Positions 46,997-56,268 are shown, numbered from the stretch's first letter. The stretch is DNA of 64,000 bases from an uncultured Candidatus Saccharibacteria bacterium (GCA_964363475.1 CAYIII010000002.1:6661-70660); one strand, 5' to 3'. Notes: generated by a model not told the origin, from the letters alone. Translations and numbers: made by a program.

Positions 46997-47065
46997 TTGC
47001 GCGCCACTCCTTTCAAGGAACTTCTTGCTAGGAGCACTGTAAGGTATTACAATCTACTGGTCAAT

Positions 47066-47941
47066 ATGAGAATTTTTGTTACAGGCGGTACTGGTTTTAT
47101 TGGTAGCCATGTAATTGATTTATTGAAAAAGGAAAAGCAGGAACTATTGTTATTGTCTAGAAAAAATAATAAAAGACCCTTTATTAAAGGCAATCTCAAT
47201 TCTATTCAAAAATGGAAAGATAAGTTGATTGAGTTTAGACCTGAAGCGACTATACATTTAGCTTGGGAAAATACTCCTCATGGTAGCGCTTCCAAACATA
47301 GCTCTTTGGACAGCGCTGGTAACTTAACTTATGGACTTAATTTAATTAAAGCCCTTACTGAAACTGGTTGTAAAAAAATTTTAGCAACAGGAAGCTGTTG
47401 GGAATATGGCAGGTCTTTTGGAAAATTAGAAGAAATCAGTTCGGTAGATTATTCTAATTCCTTTGTTATTGCCAAAAATTGCTTACATTTTTTGGGTAGA
47501 AAGATAGCTGAAGAAAATAATATGCAGTTTATTTGGACAAGACTTTTTTTTGTTTATGGTCCGGGACAAAGACGTCAATCTATAATTCCTTATCTTTTTG
47601 ATTGTTATAATAGAAATTTAAAGCCGGATATTAAAAATCCATTTAATAAAAATGACTTTGTTTATGTAGAAGATGTAGTAGAGGCAATCTGGGAAATATT
47701 AAGAAATAATAATTCAAGCTCCATTTATAACATTGGCACAGGACATTCGGTGTCAATTGAAAAAATTGCCAATATTATCTATGGTACTAGCAAGAAAGAA
47801 TTATTAAATAAAGGTTCCCAAAATAAACCTACTTGTGATTTTTATGCAAACATTGCCAAAATTAAAAAAGATATCGGATGGTACCCCAAAATTAGCATTG
47901 AAGCAGGAATTAAAGAGCTCAAAGAAATTAACGGTATCTGA
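47066..47941 (+). CDS. NAD-dependent epimerase/reductase (SDR)
   Basis: MRIFVTGGTGFIGSH, IHLAW, GSCWEYG, RLFFVYGPGQ. Confidence 0.88.
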   Translation: MRIFVTGGTGFIGSHVIDLLKKEKQELLLLSRKNNKRPFIKGNLNSIQKWKDKLIEFRPEATIHLAWENTPHGSASKHSSLDSAGNLTYGLNLIKALTETGCKKILATGSCWEYGRSFGKLEEISSVDYSNSFVIAKNCLHFLGRKIAEENNMQFIWTRLFFVYGPGQRRQSIIPYLFDCYNRNLKPDIKNPFNKNDFVYVEDVVEAIWEILRNNNSSSIYNIGTGHSVSIEKIANIIYGTSKKELLNKGSQNKPTCDFYANIAKIKKDIGWYPKISIEAGIKELKEINGI

Positions 47942-49631
47942 ATATATAATTTCTCTTATAGAAAAAACGAGTGTTGATTTAGTGCCTGTTATTACTGGTG
48001 GGGCTATTATGAAATTAGTAGATGATATTGGGCGGAATTCTAAATTAAAATATTTATGTCCAAATCATGAACAAGCTTTGGCTATGATTGTTGATGCTTA
48101 CGCTAGGATTAAAGGATTTGGAGTGGGATTGGTGACTAGCGGACCCGGTGGCACTAATTTAATAACCGGCATTTGCTGTTCTTATTATGATTCTATTCCT
48201 TGTCTTTTTATTTCAGGACAAGTAGGCATGTTTCATATGAAAGGCAAACGAGTTATCCGCCAACGCGGCTTTCAAGAAACTGATATTATAAGCGTTGTTA
48301 AATCAATTACTAAACACGCCGTCTTATTAGATAATCCGGAAAAGACACGCTATGAGTTTGAAAAAGCTGTTTACATGGCTAAATCAGGAAGACCTGGGCC
48401 AGTTTTAATTGACCTTCCCTACAACATTCAACGGGCACTTATTGACCCTGATAAACTTATCGGCTTTATTCCAGAAAAGTGGTTCGACCACGCTCACCAC
48501 AAGAAGAAAAATGATTCCGAAAAGCAATTAGAAAAAGCAAGTAGGGTAATTATAAAAGAATTAAAAAATGCTAAAAAACCCCTTATTTTAGTTGGTGGTG
48601 GCGTTCGTTTGGCAAATCAAGTAGAAACTATTAATAAGGTAGTTAGCTATCTTCAAATCCCAGTTGTTACCACTTGGGGAGCTTTGGATAATTTTGACTG
48701 GAATCATAAATTATATGGAGGTAATATCGGCAGATTAGGGAATCCGTCGGCTTTAAAAATGATTGATGAATGCGATTTACTGTTGGCTTTAGGCACAAGA
48801 TTTACCACTAAAGCTATTATTAATGAAAAAGAATTTTCTAAACAAGCAAAAATTATTTCCGTTGATGTAGATAATGGAGAGCTAAACGAAGGATTGATTT
48901 CTCCCCAAATTAAAATTCAGGCAGAATTACAAGATTTTTTGCCTAACTTTCTAAATTTAGTAAAAAAACAAAAAATTACTTTAAATATTAATGAATGGAG
49001 AAAAAGGGTTAATGAGTTAAAGATTAATTTTTTTCATATTAAATCACCGTCCGCTGATGATAAGAATTATGTTAATCCGTATTATTTTATGGAAATTTTA
49101 TCAGAATTATTACAGCATGATGATATAATTGTCGCCGATTGCGGCACAAATCTTACTTGGGCGGTTCAAGGATATAAACCTAAAAAGGGGCAAAGATTTA
49201 TATCTGCTTGGGGTAATTCGCCAATGGGTTATGCTTTGCCCGCGGCTATTGGCGCTTATTATGCGAATAAAAATGTTAATGTTGTTGTCACTACGGGAGA
49301 CGGCGGTTTTCAAATGAATATTCAGGAATTACAAACAATAGCCGTTAATAAAATACCGGTTAAGGTTTTTATACTTAATAATCAGTGTTACGCGAATATT
49401 AAATTTCCTGCTCGAGAACAATTTAATGGAAGGACTTTTGCCACCGAATCAAGTAACGGATATGAAGCGCCCGATTTTGTTAAAATTGCCACAGCTTATG
49501 GTTTAAAATCTTTAAGAATAAAATTTAATAAAAACTTAAAAGAGAAAATAAAAAGTATATTATCAAAAAAAGAACCGATAATTATTGATGTTATGTGCGA
49601 TCCAGAACTTTATGTTTTTGATAATGTATGA
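47844..49631 (+). CDS. Thiamine-pyrophosphate enzyme, acetolactate-synthase-like (YerE-type)
   Basis: HEQA, TSGPGGTN, RQRGFQE, GRPGPVLID, GDGGFQMNIQEL...NN; start uncertain. Confidence 0.88.
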   Translation: MQTLPKLKKISDGTPKLALKQELKSSKKLTVSEYIISLIEKTSVDLVPVITGGAIMKLVDDIGRNSKLKYLCPNHEQALAMIVDAYARIKGFGVGLVTSGPGGTNLITGICCSYYDSIPCLFISGQVGMFHMKGKRVIRQRGFQETDIISVVKSITKHAVLLDNPEKTRYEFEKAVYMAKSGRPGPVLIDLPYNIQRALIDPDKLIGFIPEKWFDHAHHKKKNDSEKQLEKASRVIIKELKNAKKPLILVGGGVRLANQVETINKVVSYLQIPVVTTWGALDNFDWNHKLYGGNIGRLGNPSALKMIDECDLLLALGTRFTTKAIINEKEFSKQAKIISVDVDNGELNEGLISPQIKIQAELQDFLPNFLNLVKKQKITLNINEWRKRVNELKINFFHIKSPSADDKNYVNPYYFMEILSELLQHDDIIVADCGTNLTWAVQGYKPKKGQRFISAWGNSPMGYALPAAIGAYYANKNVNVVVTTGDGGFQMNIQELQTIAVNKIPVKVFILNNQCYANIKFPAREQFNGRTFATESSNGYEAPDFVKIATAYGLKSLRIKFNKNLKEKIKSILSKKEPIIIDVMCDPELYVFDNV

Positions 49632-50479
49632 AAGTCATTATTACCGGTTCAGAAGGTTTTATTGGTAAGGAGCTTTCAAAACAATGCCGTAAACTCGGTC
49701 ATAAAGTTGTTGGTATAGATTTAATAAATGGTTTAGATATAAGATCTGCTGATATAGCAGACCACTTGCCTATTAACTCGGACGTACTAATTCATCTCGC
49801 CGCTCTTGCTCAACCCAAACAGTGTTTGAATAATGCGAAAAGTTGTTTTGATAATAACATTTTAGGAACAGTTAATATTTTTGAGGCCGCTATGATAAAA
49901 AAAGTAAAACATTTTATTTTTGCTTCCAGTGAATGGATTTATGGAGATTTTAATTCTAATAAGGAACTTTTAGAAGATTCTTTTATTGATTTAAAATCTA
50001 TTAATAGCGAATACGCCCTATCTAAACTTGTCTCCGAATGTTATCTAAAACAGTATTATCTTAAATATTTAATACCGACTACTATTTTACGCTTTAGTAT
50101 AGTTTATGGACCAGACAATAAACACCAAACCGCAGTTGAATCTTTATTTAATTCTATTAAAATAGGTAATAAAGTTAGCGTTGGTTCTCTAAAAACAGCT
50201 AGAAGATTTATCCACGTGGAAGATGTTGCTTCGGGGATTATTACCAGTTTTTCAAAAAAAAGGTTGGGATTTGAAATTTATAATTTATCATATAATAAAT
50301 TAATTGCTTTAAAAGAAATTATAGAAACTAGCGCCAAGCTTTTAAGAGTTAAACCTACGATAATAGAATTAGACCCAAACAACTTTATTATTAGAAATCC
50401 ATCTAATAATAAATTTAAGAAAATATTTAAATGGAAACCAAAAATTGATTTAAAAACAGGATTAAAAACTTTAAATTAA
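49628..50479 (+). CDS. NAD-dependent epimerase/reductase (SDR)
   Basis: TGSEGFIG, ASSEWIYG, YALSK, VYGP. Confidence 0.85.
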   Translation: MKVIITGSEGFIGKELSKQCRKLGHKVVGIDLINGLDIRSADIADHLPINSDVLIHLAALAQPKQCLNNAKSCFDNNILGTVNIFEAAMIKKVKHFIFASSEWIYGDFNSNKELLEDSFIDLKSINSEYALSKLVSECYLKQYYLKYLIPTTILRFSIVYGPDNKHQTAVESLFNSIKIGNKVSVGSLKTARRFIHVEDVASGIITSFSKKRLGFEIYNLSYNKLIALKEIIETSAKLLRVKPTIIELDPNNFIIRNPSNNKFKKIFKWKPKIDLKTGLKTLN

Positions 50480-50487
50480 CATTTAAA

Positions 50488-51636
50488 ATGAAATATAAAT
50501 TTAGTAAAAGATTGTGTGCTTTATGCGGATCCAATAGAAAATTTAAAAATCTATTTACGCAAAGATCCGAACGCCTAAAAGTTAATTATGTTGTTTCGGA
50601 ATGTTTATCTTGCGGATTTATTCATCAAAATCCCGCATGGGAACAGAAATTTTATAATGATCTTTATGCGGATCTTATTTATGACCCTACCAATCATAAA
50701 TTTTATCCGGCTCAAGTTAAAAGATATAAGGGGGTGGCAGATATTATTGCCACGCTTTTCCCTTCTAATAAGATAGAAAGATTGTTAGATTTTGGTTGTT
50801 ATGACGGTTCTTTTATTGAGTGGCTAAAAAAATTTACCAATTGGGGAAAGCGTATTCAATTAGTCGGTTATGACATTCACTTAAAAAATATAGCGAATAA
50901 AAGTGGTTTTTATAATTCTTTAGATTTTTTAACAAAAAAAGAGGGTGGGTTTGATGTTGTGGTTTTAAATCATGTTTTAGAGCATATATATAATCCATTA
51001 GAAACTTTAAAGTTTATTAAAAATAATTTATTGAGAAACAATGGATTTATAATTATAGAGGTTCCCGATGTTTCTTTTTTAAGGGAAGATGATGTTGTCC
51101 CTGCTTATATCCAGCATATTAATTATTTTACTCCGCATACCATAACTAGATTGAGCAACAAGGCCAATTTATCAACGCAATATTTAAAAACTTTTAAAAA
51201 CTTTGATGTAAATCGAGAACCCTACTCCCCCACTTTGTTAGTTGTTTTTCAAAATGATTTAAATTATTTAGCCGATGGACAATCGCTTAAATCAGCTTTT
51301 AAATTAAATGAAAGCAAATTAAAAGGAAAACTCTCTAAAATTAAAAAAAATACCTCTTTGGGCGTAATTGGCTGTGGAGATGCATTGTTTACTGTTTTTA
51401 ATTTTATAAAAAAAGAATTTAAAAATATAACTGTAAATTCTTTATTTGATAATAATAAAAATATTTGGAATCAAAAAATGTTCGGAATGCTCGTTCAGCC
51501 GGTAGAAAAAATAAAGGAAGGAAAATGCGATTTATTTCTAATATGCACCCTAAACAAACACAATGCTGAGCAAATTTTGTCTCAAATATCCGAATATACT
51601 TCTCCCAATAAAATTATTACGGTCTTAAATATTTGA
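50488..51636 (+). CDS. SAM-dependent methyltransferase with Zn-binding N-terminus
   Basis: CALC, CLSC, LLDFGCYDG, HVLEH, IEVPD, HINYF. Confidence 0.85.
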   Translation: MKYKFSKRLCALCGSNRKFKNLFTQRSERLKVNYVVSECLSCGFIHQNPAWEQKFYNDLYADLIYDPTNHKFYPAQVKRYKGVADIIATLFPSNKIERLLDFGCYDGSFIEWLKKFTNWGKRIQLVGYDIHLKNIANKSGFYNSLDFLTKKEGGFDVVVLNHVLEHIYNPLETLKFIKNNLLRNNGFIIIEVPDVSFLREDDVVPAYIQHINYFTPHTITRLSNKANLSTQYLKTFKNFDVNREPYSPTLLVVFQNDLNYLADGQSLKSAFKLNESKLKGKLSKIKKNTSLGVIGCGDALFTVFNFIKKEFKNITVNSLFDNNKNIWNQKMFGMLVQPVEKIKEGKCDLFLICTLNKHNAEQILSQISEYTSPNKIITVLNI

Positions 51637-51644
51637 TTATAAAT

Positions 51645-52379
51645 ATGGACCCAATTAAAGCGTTTCAATTAGAAAGAGAAGGTAACATAAAAAAATTAGG
51701 AAAAAATAAGGAGCTTAAAAAAATAGCCGAAAATTTTATTATAAAATCCAGCAAGATTAAATATGTTTATAATTTCAATTGGCTAGGCAGGCCGATTATC
51801 CAGTTTCCACAGGAGATAGTCGCTATACAAGAAATTATTTGGTCCGTAAAGCCAGATTTAATTATTGAAACAGGTATTGCGCATGGCGGGTCAATTATTC
51901 TATCAGCATCCATATTAGAATTAATTGGCAAAAACGGACTTGTGGTAGGAATTGACATTGATATTAGAAAACATAATAAGAAACTAATTAAAGCGCACTT
52001 TTTGTTTAAAAGGATTCGGATGTTAGAGGGCTCATCTATTGATATGGACATATATAATCAAGCAAAAAAAATTACTCAAGACAAAAAGAAGGTTATGGTT
52101 TTTTTAGATTCCAATCATACTTATAATCATGTTTGGCAAGAATTGTGTTTATATTCTAAATTAGTAAGTAAAAATAGTTATATTGTAGTTTTTGATACTG
52201 TTACCGAAATAATACCAAAAGAAATTTCTAAAAATAGACCTTGGGGGAAAGGTAATAATCCAAAAACAGCTGTTGATAGGTTTTTAAGAGAGAATAAAAA
52301 TTTTGTAGTAGACAAAAATATTAATAATAAATTATTGATTACTACCAATCCCGGCGGATATTTAAAAAAAATAAGCTAA
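51645..52379 (+). CDS. CmcI (cephalosporin hydroxylase)/rhamnosyl O-methyltransferase family
   Basis: WLGRPIIQFPQ, KPDLIIETGIAHGGS, LDSNHT, NNPKTAV. Confidence 0.88.
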   Translation: MDPIKAFQLEREGNIKKLGKNKELKKIAENFIIKSSKIKYVYNFNWLGRPIIQFPQEIVAIQEIIWSVKPDLIIETGIAHGGSIILSASILELIGKNGLVVGIDIDIRKHNKKLIKAHFLFKRIRMLEGSSIDMDIYNQAKKITQDKKKVMVFLDSNHTYNHVWQELCLYSKLVSKNSYIVVFDTVTEIIPKEISKNRPWGKGNNPKTAVDRFLRENKNFVVDKNINNKLLITTNPGGYLKKIS

Positions 52380-52380
52380 A

Positions 52381-53238
52381 ATGAACCGACCATTAGTTAG
52401 TATAGGAATGGCAATATATAACGAAGAAAGATTTCTTTCTCAAACTCTGGACTCATTATTAGCTCAAGATTATTCTAATCTGGAAGTTATTATCTGTGAT
52501 AATGTTTCTACTGATAAAACTGGAGGAATAGCTCAAGAATACTCTAAAAAAGATAATCGTATTAAATATTATCTTAACGAAAGCAATGTCGGCGGAACAA
52601 GAAACTATAACAAAGTATTTTTTCTATCTTCCGGAGAATATTTTATGTGGGTTGGCGGACATGATTTGTATGATAAAAGTTTTATTTCCTCTTGCGTAGA
52701 AATTTTAGAAAAAGATAAAAATGTGGTTCTGGTGTATTCTTTAACAAATATTATTGATGATTTAAATAATAAAACTGGGTCACTGTCTCATCATATAGAT
52801 ACTCGTTCTCTAAATCCTTTATTGAGATTTCATTTATTTTTTTATTATTTAACGAAGGTTCACCCCACCCATGGCCTAATAAGATACGATTCAATAAAAA
52901 GAACCGGTCTCTATAAAAAAGTATTAAATCCAGACAATATGCTTTTTAGTCAATTAGCCTTAATGGGAGAATTTGCTCATATACCCAAATTTTTATTTTA
53001 TTTTCGTACAATTAGGCCCAAAGAAACCGGTTGGGAAACTACCCTGAGACACATAAAAGACATATATAGTCCAAGGCATCAAAATTATCCTTATATTTTT
53101 TATACATTACATCAGTTTTATTATCATGTTCTCTCTATTTATGAAGCTCCTGTAAGTTGGTACTATAAGCCAATTCTTGTTTTTATACTTATTTTCGAAG
53201 GTCTTCTATTACGCATAAGAATAGCTATGAAAATTTAA
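52381..53238 (+). CDS. GT2 glycosyltransferase (paralog 1)
   Basis: PLVSIGM..YNEE, ICDNVSTD, YFMWVGGHD. Confidence 0.9.
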   Translation: MNRPLVSIGMAIYNEERFLSQTLDSLLAQDYSNLEVIICDNVSTDKTGGIAQEYSKKDNRIKYYLNESNVGGTRNYNKVFFLSSGEYFMWVGGHDLYDKSFISSCVEILEKDKNVVLVYSLTNIIDDLNNKTGSLSHHIDTRSLNPLLRFHLFFYYLTKVHPTHGLIRYDSIKRTGLYKKVLNPDNMLFSQLALMGEFAHIPKFLFYFRTIRPKETGWETTLRHIKDIYSPRHQNYPYIFYTLHQFYYHVLSIYEAPVSWYYKPILVFILIFEGLLLRIRIAMKI

Positions 53239-53241
53239 AAG

Positions 53242-54129
53242 ATGAATAATAAACCATTGGTTAGCATAGGAATGCCTGTTTTCAACGAAGAAAGATTTCT
53301 TTCTCAAACATTAGATTCATTATTGGCTCAAGATTATTCTAATCTGGAAATTATTATTTGTGATAATATTTCTACTGATAAAACTGGGGAAATAGTTCAG
53401 GAATATGAAAAAAAAGATAACCGTATTAAATATTATCTTAATAAGAATAACATTGGCTTATTAAGAAATTCTAATAAAGTATTCACTTTGTCTTCCGGAA
53501 AGTATTTTATGTTAGTTGGTGGACACGATTTGTATGATAAAAGCTTTATTTCCTCTTGCGTAGAAATTTTAGAAAAAGATAGAAATGTAGTTTTGGTGTA
53601 TGCATTAACATATTTCATTGATGATTTAAATAATAAGATTGGGGCTTGGTCTAATCGCCTAGATACCCGTTCTTTAAATCCTTTATTAAGATATCATTTA
53701 TTCTTTTATTATTTATTGAGGATTCATTATATTCATGGATTGATGAGACGCGATTTAATAAAAAAGACTGATTTTTTCAAAAATACGGTAAATGCTGATT
53801 GTATGCTCATAAGCCGCTTGTCTTTAATAGGCGAATTTACTTATATACCAAAATTTTTATTTTATTATCGCATGGTTAGACCAAAAGAAACTGGTTCGGA
53901 AAATATTCAGAAACAAATAAGAGATATATATAGTAAAAAACACCAAAATCACTTCTACATCTTTTATCTTCTGCACCAATTTTATTATCATATTCTTCTT
54001 ATTTATAAAGCTCCTGTAGCTTGGTATTATAAGCCAATTATTATTTTTATACTTATTTTTGCGTTTTTTTCATTACGTATAAGGTTGATTATCAAAAATT
54101 TAAAACATGAACAATCGCTCATTGGTTAG
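53242..54129 (+). CDS. GT2 glycosyltransferase (paralog 2)
   Basis: PLVSIGMPVFNEE, ICDNISTD, YFMLVGGHD. Confidence 0.9.
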   Translation: MNNKPLVSIGMPVFNEERFLSQTLDSLLAQDYSNLEIIICDNISTDKTGEIVQEYEKKDNRIKYYLNKNNIGLLRNSNKVFTLSSGKYFMLVGGHDLYDKSFISSCVEILEKDRNVVLVYALTYFIDDLNNKIGAWSNRLDTRSLNPLLRYHLFFYYLLRIHYIHGLMRRDLIKKTDFFKNTVNADCMLISRLSLIGEFTYIPKFLFYYRMVRPKETGSENIQKQIRDIYSKKHQNHFYIFYLLHQFYYHILLIYKAPVAWYYKPIIIFILIFAFFSLRIRLIIKNLKHEQSLIG

Positions 54130-54991
54130 TATAGGACTTCCCGTTTTCAACGAAGAAAGATTTCTTTCTCAGACACTGGACTCATTATTGGCTCAAGATT
54201 ATTCTAATCTGGAAATTATTATTTGTGATAACGCTTCTACTGATAAGACCGGGGAAATAGCCCAAGAATATGCTAGAAAAGATAGCCGTATTAAATATCA
54301 TCTTAATGAAAGTAATATTGGCGGAACAAGAAATTTTAATAAAGTATTTCTCTTGTCTTCCGGAGAATATTTTATGTGGGCAGGCGGACATGATTTGTAT
54401 GATAAAAGTTTTGTTTGTAAGTGTTTAAATATGTTTAAGGTAGAAAATAAAGTGGTATTAGTATATCCGATAACATCGTCAATAGATTGCGAAAATAATA
54501 ATTTAGGAACAATGCCAGGAAGATTGGATACGAGGGATTTGGGCATATCTCGTAAATTACACTGTATCCTTTGGGGAATACCCAACGGCAACCCCGTGTA
54601 TGGATTAATTAAAAGAAGCGCTATGGAGAAAACATTGTTATTCCAAAATATTTTAGGAATGGACTTAGTGTTTCTTTTCGAACTGTCTTTAGTTGGTGAT
54701 TTTGCTCATATTTCGGAAAAACTTTTTTACAGAAGAGAGGTTCATCCTGAAGAAAAAAACGGGGGCGCTAAACAGAGGCGCTTAAATGATACATATTTAA
54801 AAAAAATAAACGGCGCTAGTTTATTGCCTTATTGGTACTTAGTTTATAAAAAGTTAATAGTAATCAAAAAAGTTAATTTAAATAAATTAAAAAAAATAGG
54901 TCTTTTTGTATCCATTCTATTTAATTTAATTATTATATATGGATTAGCAATGTTGAGGGACTTAAAAAGAATATGGAAAAAAATAATCTAA
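54107..54991 (+). CDS. GT2 glycosyltransferase (paralog 3)
   Basis: VSIGLPVFNEE, ICDNASTD, YFMWAGGHD. Confidence 0.9.
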   Translation: MNNRSLVSIGLPVFNEERFLSQTLDSLLAQDYSNLEIIICDNASTDKTGEIAQEYARKDSRIKYHLNESNIGGTRNFNKVFLLSSGEYFMWAGGHDLYDKSFVCKCLNMFKVENKVVLVYPITSSIDCENNNLGTMPGRLDTRDLGISRKLHCILWGIPNGNPVYGLIKRSAMEKTLLFQNILGMDLVFLFELSLVGDFAHISEKLFYRREVHPEEKNGGAKQRRLNDTYLKKINGASLLPYWYLVYKKLIVIKKVNLNKLKKIGLFVSILFNLIIIYGLAMLRDLKRIWKKII

Positions 54992-56268
54992 CCAAAAGTA
55001 ACATAGAATCAATTAATAGTTTAGGGCAATTTTATCATGGTCACTGGGATTTTAATGGGGGCTCTATTAACCACGAAGAAGGTATGAGGGGCAGGGCTGA
55101 TTTTCTTTTAAGAAAAGTACAAGAAATAATAAAAAATAATTTCAGTAATAATGAGATTAAAAAAGCGTCTATTATTGACATTGGATGTTATGACGGCTGG
55201 ATTACTCATCAATTAAGTCACTTACCCTTTAAGGAAATAATTGGTATTGAGCCAAGAATAAATAATATTACAAAGGGTAAAATGATAAGAAAAATTTTAA
55301 ACATTAAGACACGCGTAAAATTTAAACAAGATTCTTTAGAATCATTAGCAAAACATAAAAAACAATTTGATATAGTTCTTTGTCTTGGGGTACTACATCA
55401 TTGTGAGTCCATTTTTTTAGCGTTGAAACAATTAGATAAAATATCAAAAAAAATACTTGTAATTAGCACGATTTGTTTGCCGTCAAAATTCATTACAGAA
55501 AATATTAAAAATTATATTGAATTAAAGGATGTCGTTTATTTTAATCAAAAAAAAATATATGGTTTAACAGGGCAAAAATATGAGTCCGCATATTCTGATG
55601 GGTCAACATTTAATAATACAGTAGTTAGCATCCCCTCTCTTGAATCCTTAATTATGTACCTTAATGTTCTTGATTATGATTATAAAATCATTGCAAATCA
55701 CGATGACTTTAGTAAGTCCATTCCTAAGGACCCCAGAATCTCTCAAGAAATATTAATTTGTGCTGTAAAAAGAGAAGAAAATAAAAAATTAAATTATATG
55801 AATAACCCCATAAAAGATTATGAACAGGGCTTAATAGAGACCAATATTCAGTCCAATTATATATTACCAATATTTGATTATATTTGTTTAAAAAAAAGAG
55901 ATGTCAAAATGAATTTGATGGTAAAAAAAATAATTGCGTATATTGATTTTCCGGATGATAAAAAATTAAAAAATATATTTAATTTCTTTAAAAATATTTA
56001 TCAACAAGAAATTATTAAGAATTTGAAGTATAATCCTGCTGATAAAATTGGTCTTGAATGGGGAAAAATACTATACTCGCAAAAAAAATATAACGAGGCC
56101 ATTCAAGTTTTACAAAGCATAACTCAAAGATTAAATACTGATTGGCGATGTGTTTACCGTTCTTTTTATTTACTAAAAATAATATATGAGAAAATCGGAG
56201 ATAATAAAAAGGCAGAATATTATCACAGATTATGTAAAAATTGTAATCCCAATTTCCCTCTTTTATGA
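54973..56268 (+). CDS. SAM-dependent methyltransferase with C-terminal TPR-like helices
   Basis: IIDIGCYDG, GIEPR, FDIVLCLGVLHH; GKILYSQKKYNEAI TPR-like. Confidence 0.78.
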   Translation: MEKNNLTKSNIESINSLGQFYHGHWDFNGGSINHEEGMRGRADFLLRKVQEIIKNNFSNNEIKKASIIDIGCYDGWITHQLSHLPFKEIIGIEPRINNITKGKMIRKILNIKTRVKFKQDSLESLAKHKKQFDIVLCLGVLHHCESIFLALKQLDKISKKILVISTICLPSKFITENIKNYIELKDVVYFNQKKIYGLTGQKYESAYSDGSTFNNTVVSIPSLESLIMYLNVLDYDYKIIANHDDFSKSIPKDPRISQEILICAVKREENKKLNYMNNPIKDYEQGLIETNIQSNYILPIFDYICLKKRDVKMNLMVKKIIAYIDFPDDKKLKNIFNFFKNIYQQEIIKNLKYNPADKIGLEWGKILYSQKKYNEAIQVLQSITQRLNTDWRCVYRSFYLLKIIYEKIGDNKKAEYYHRLCKNCNPNFPLL

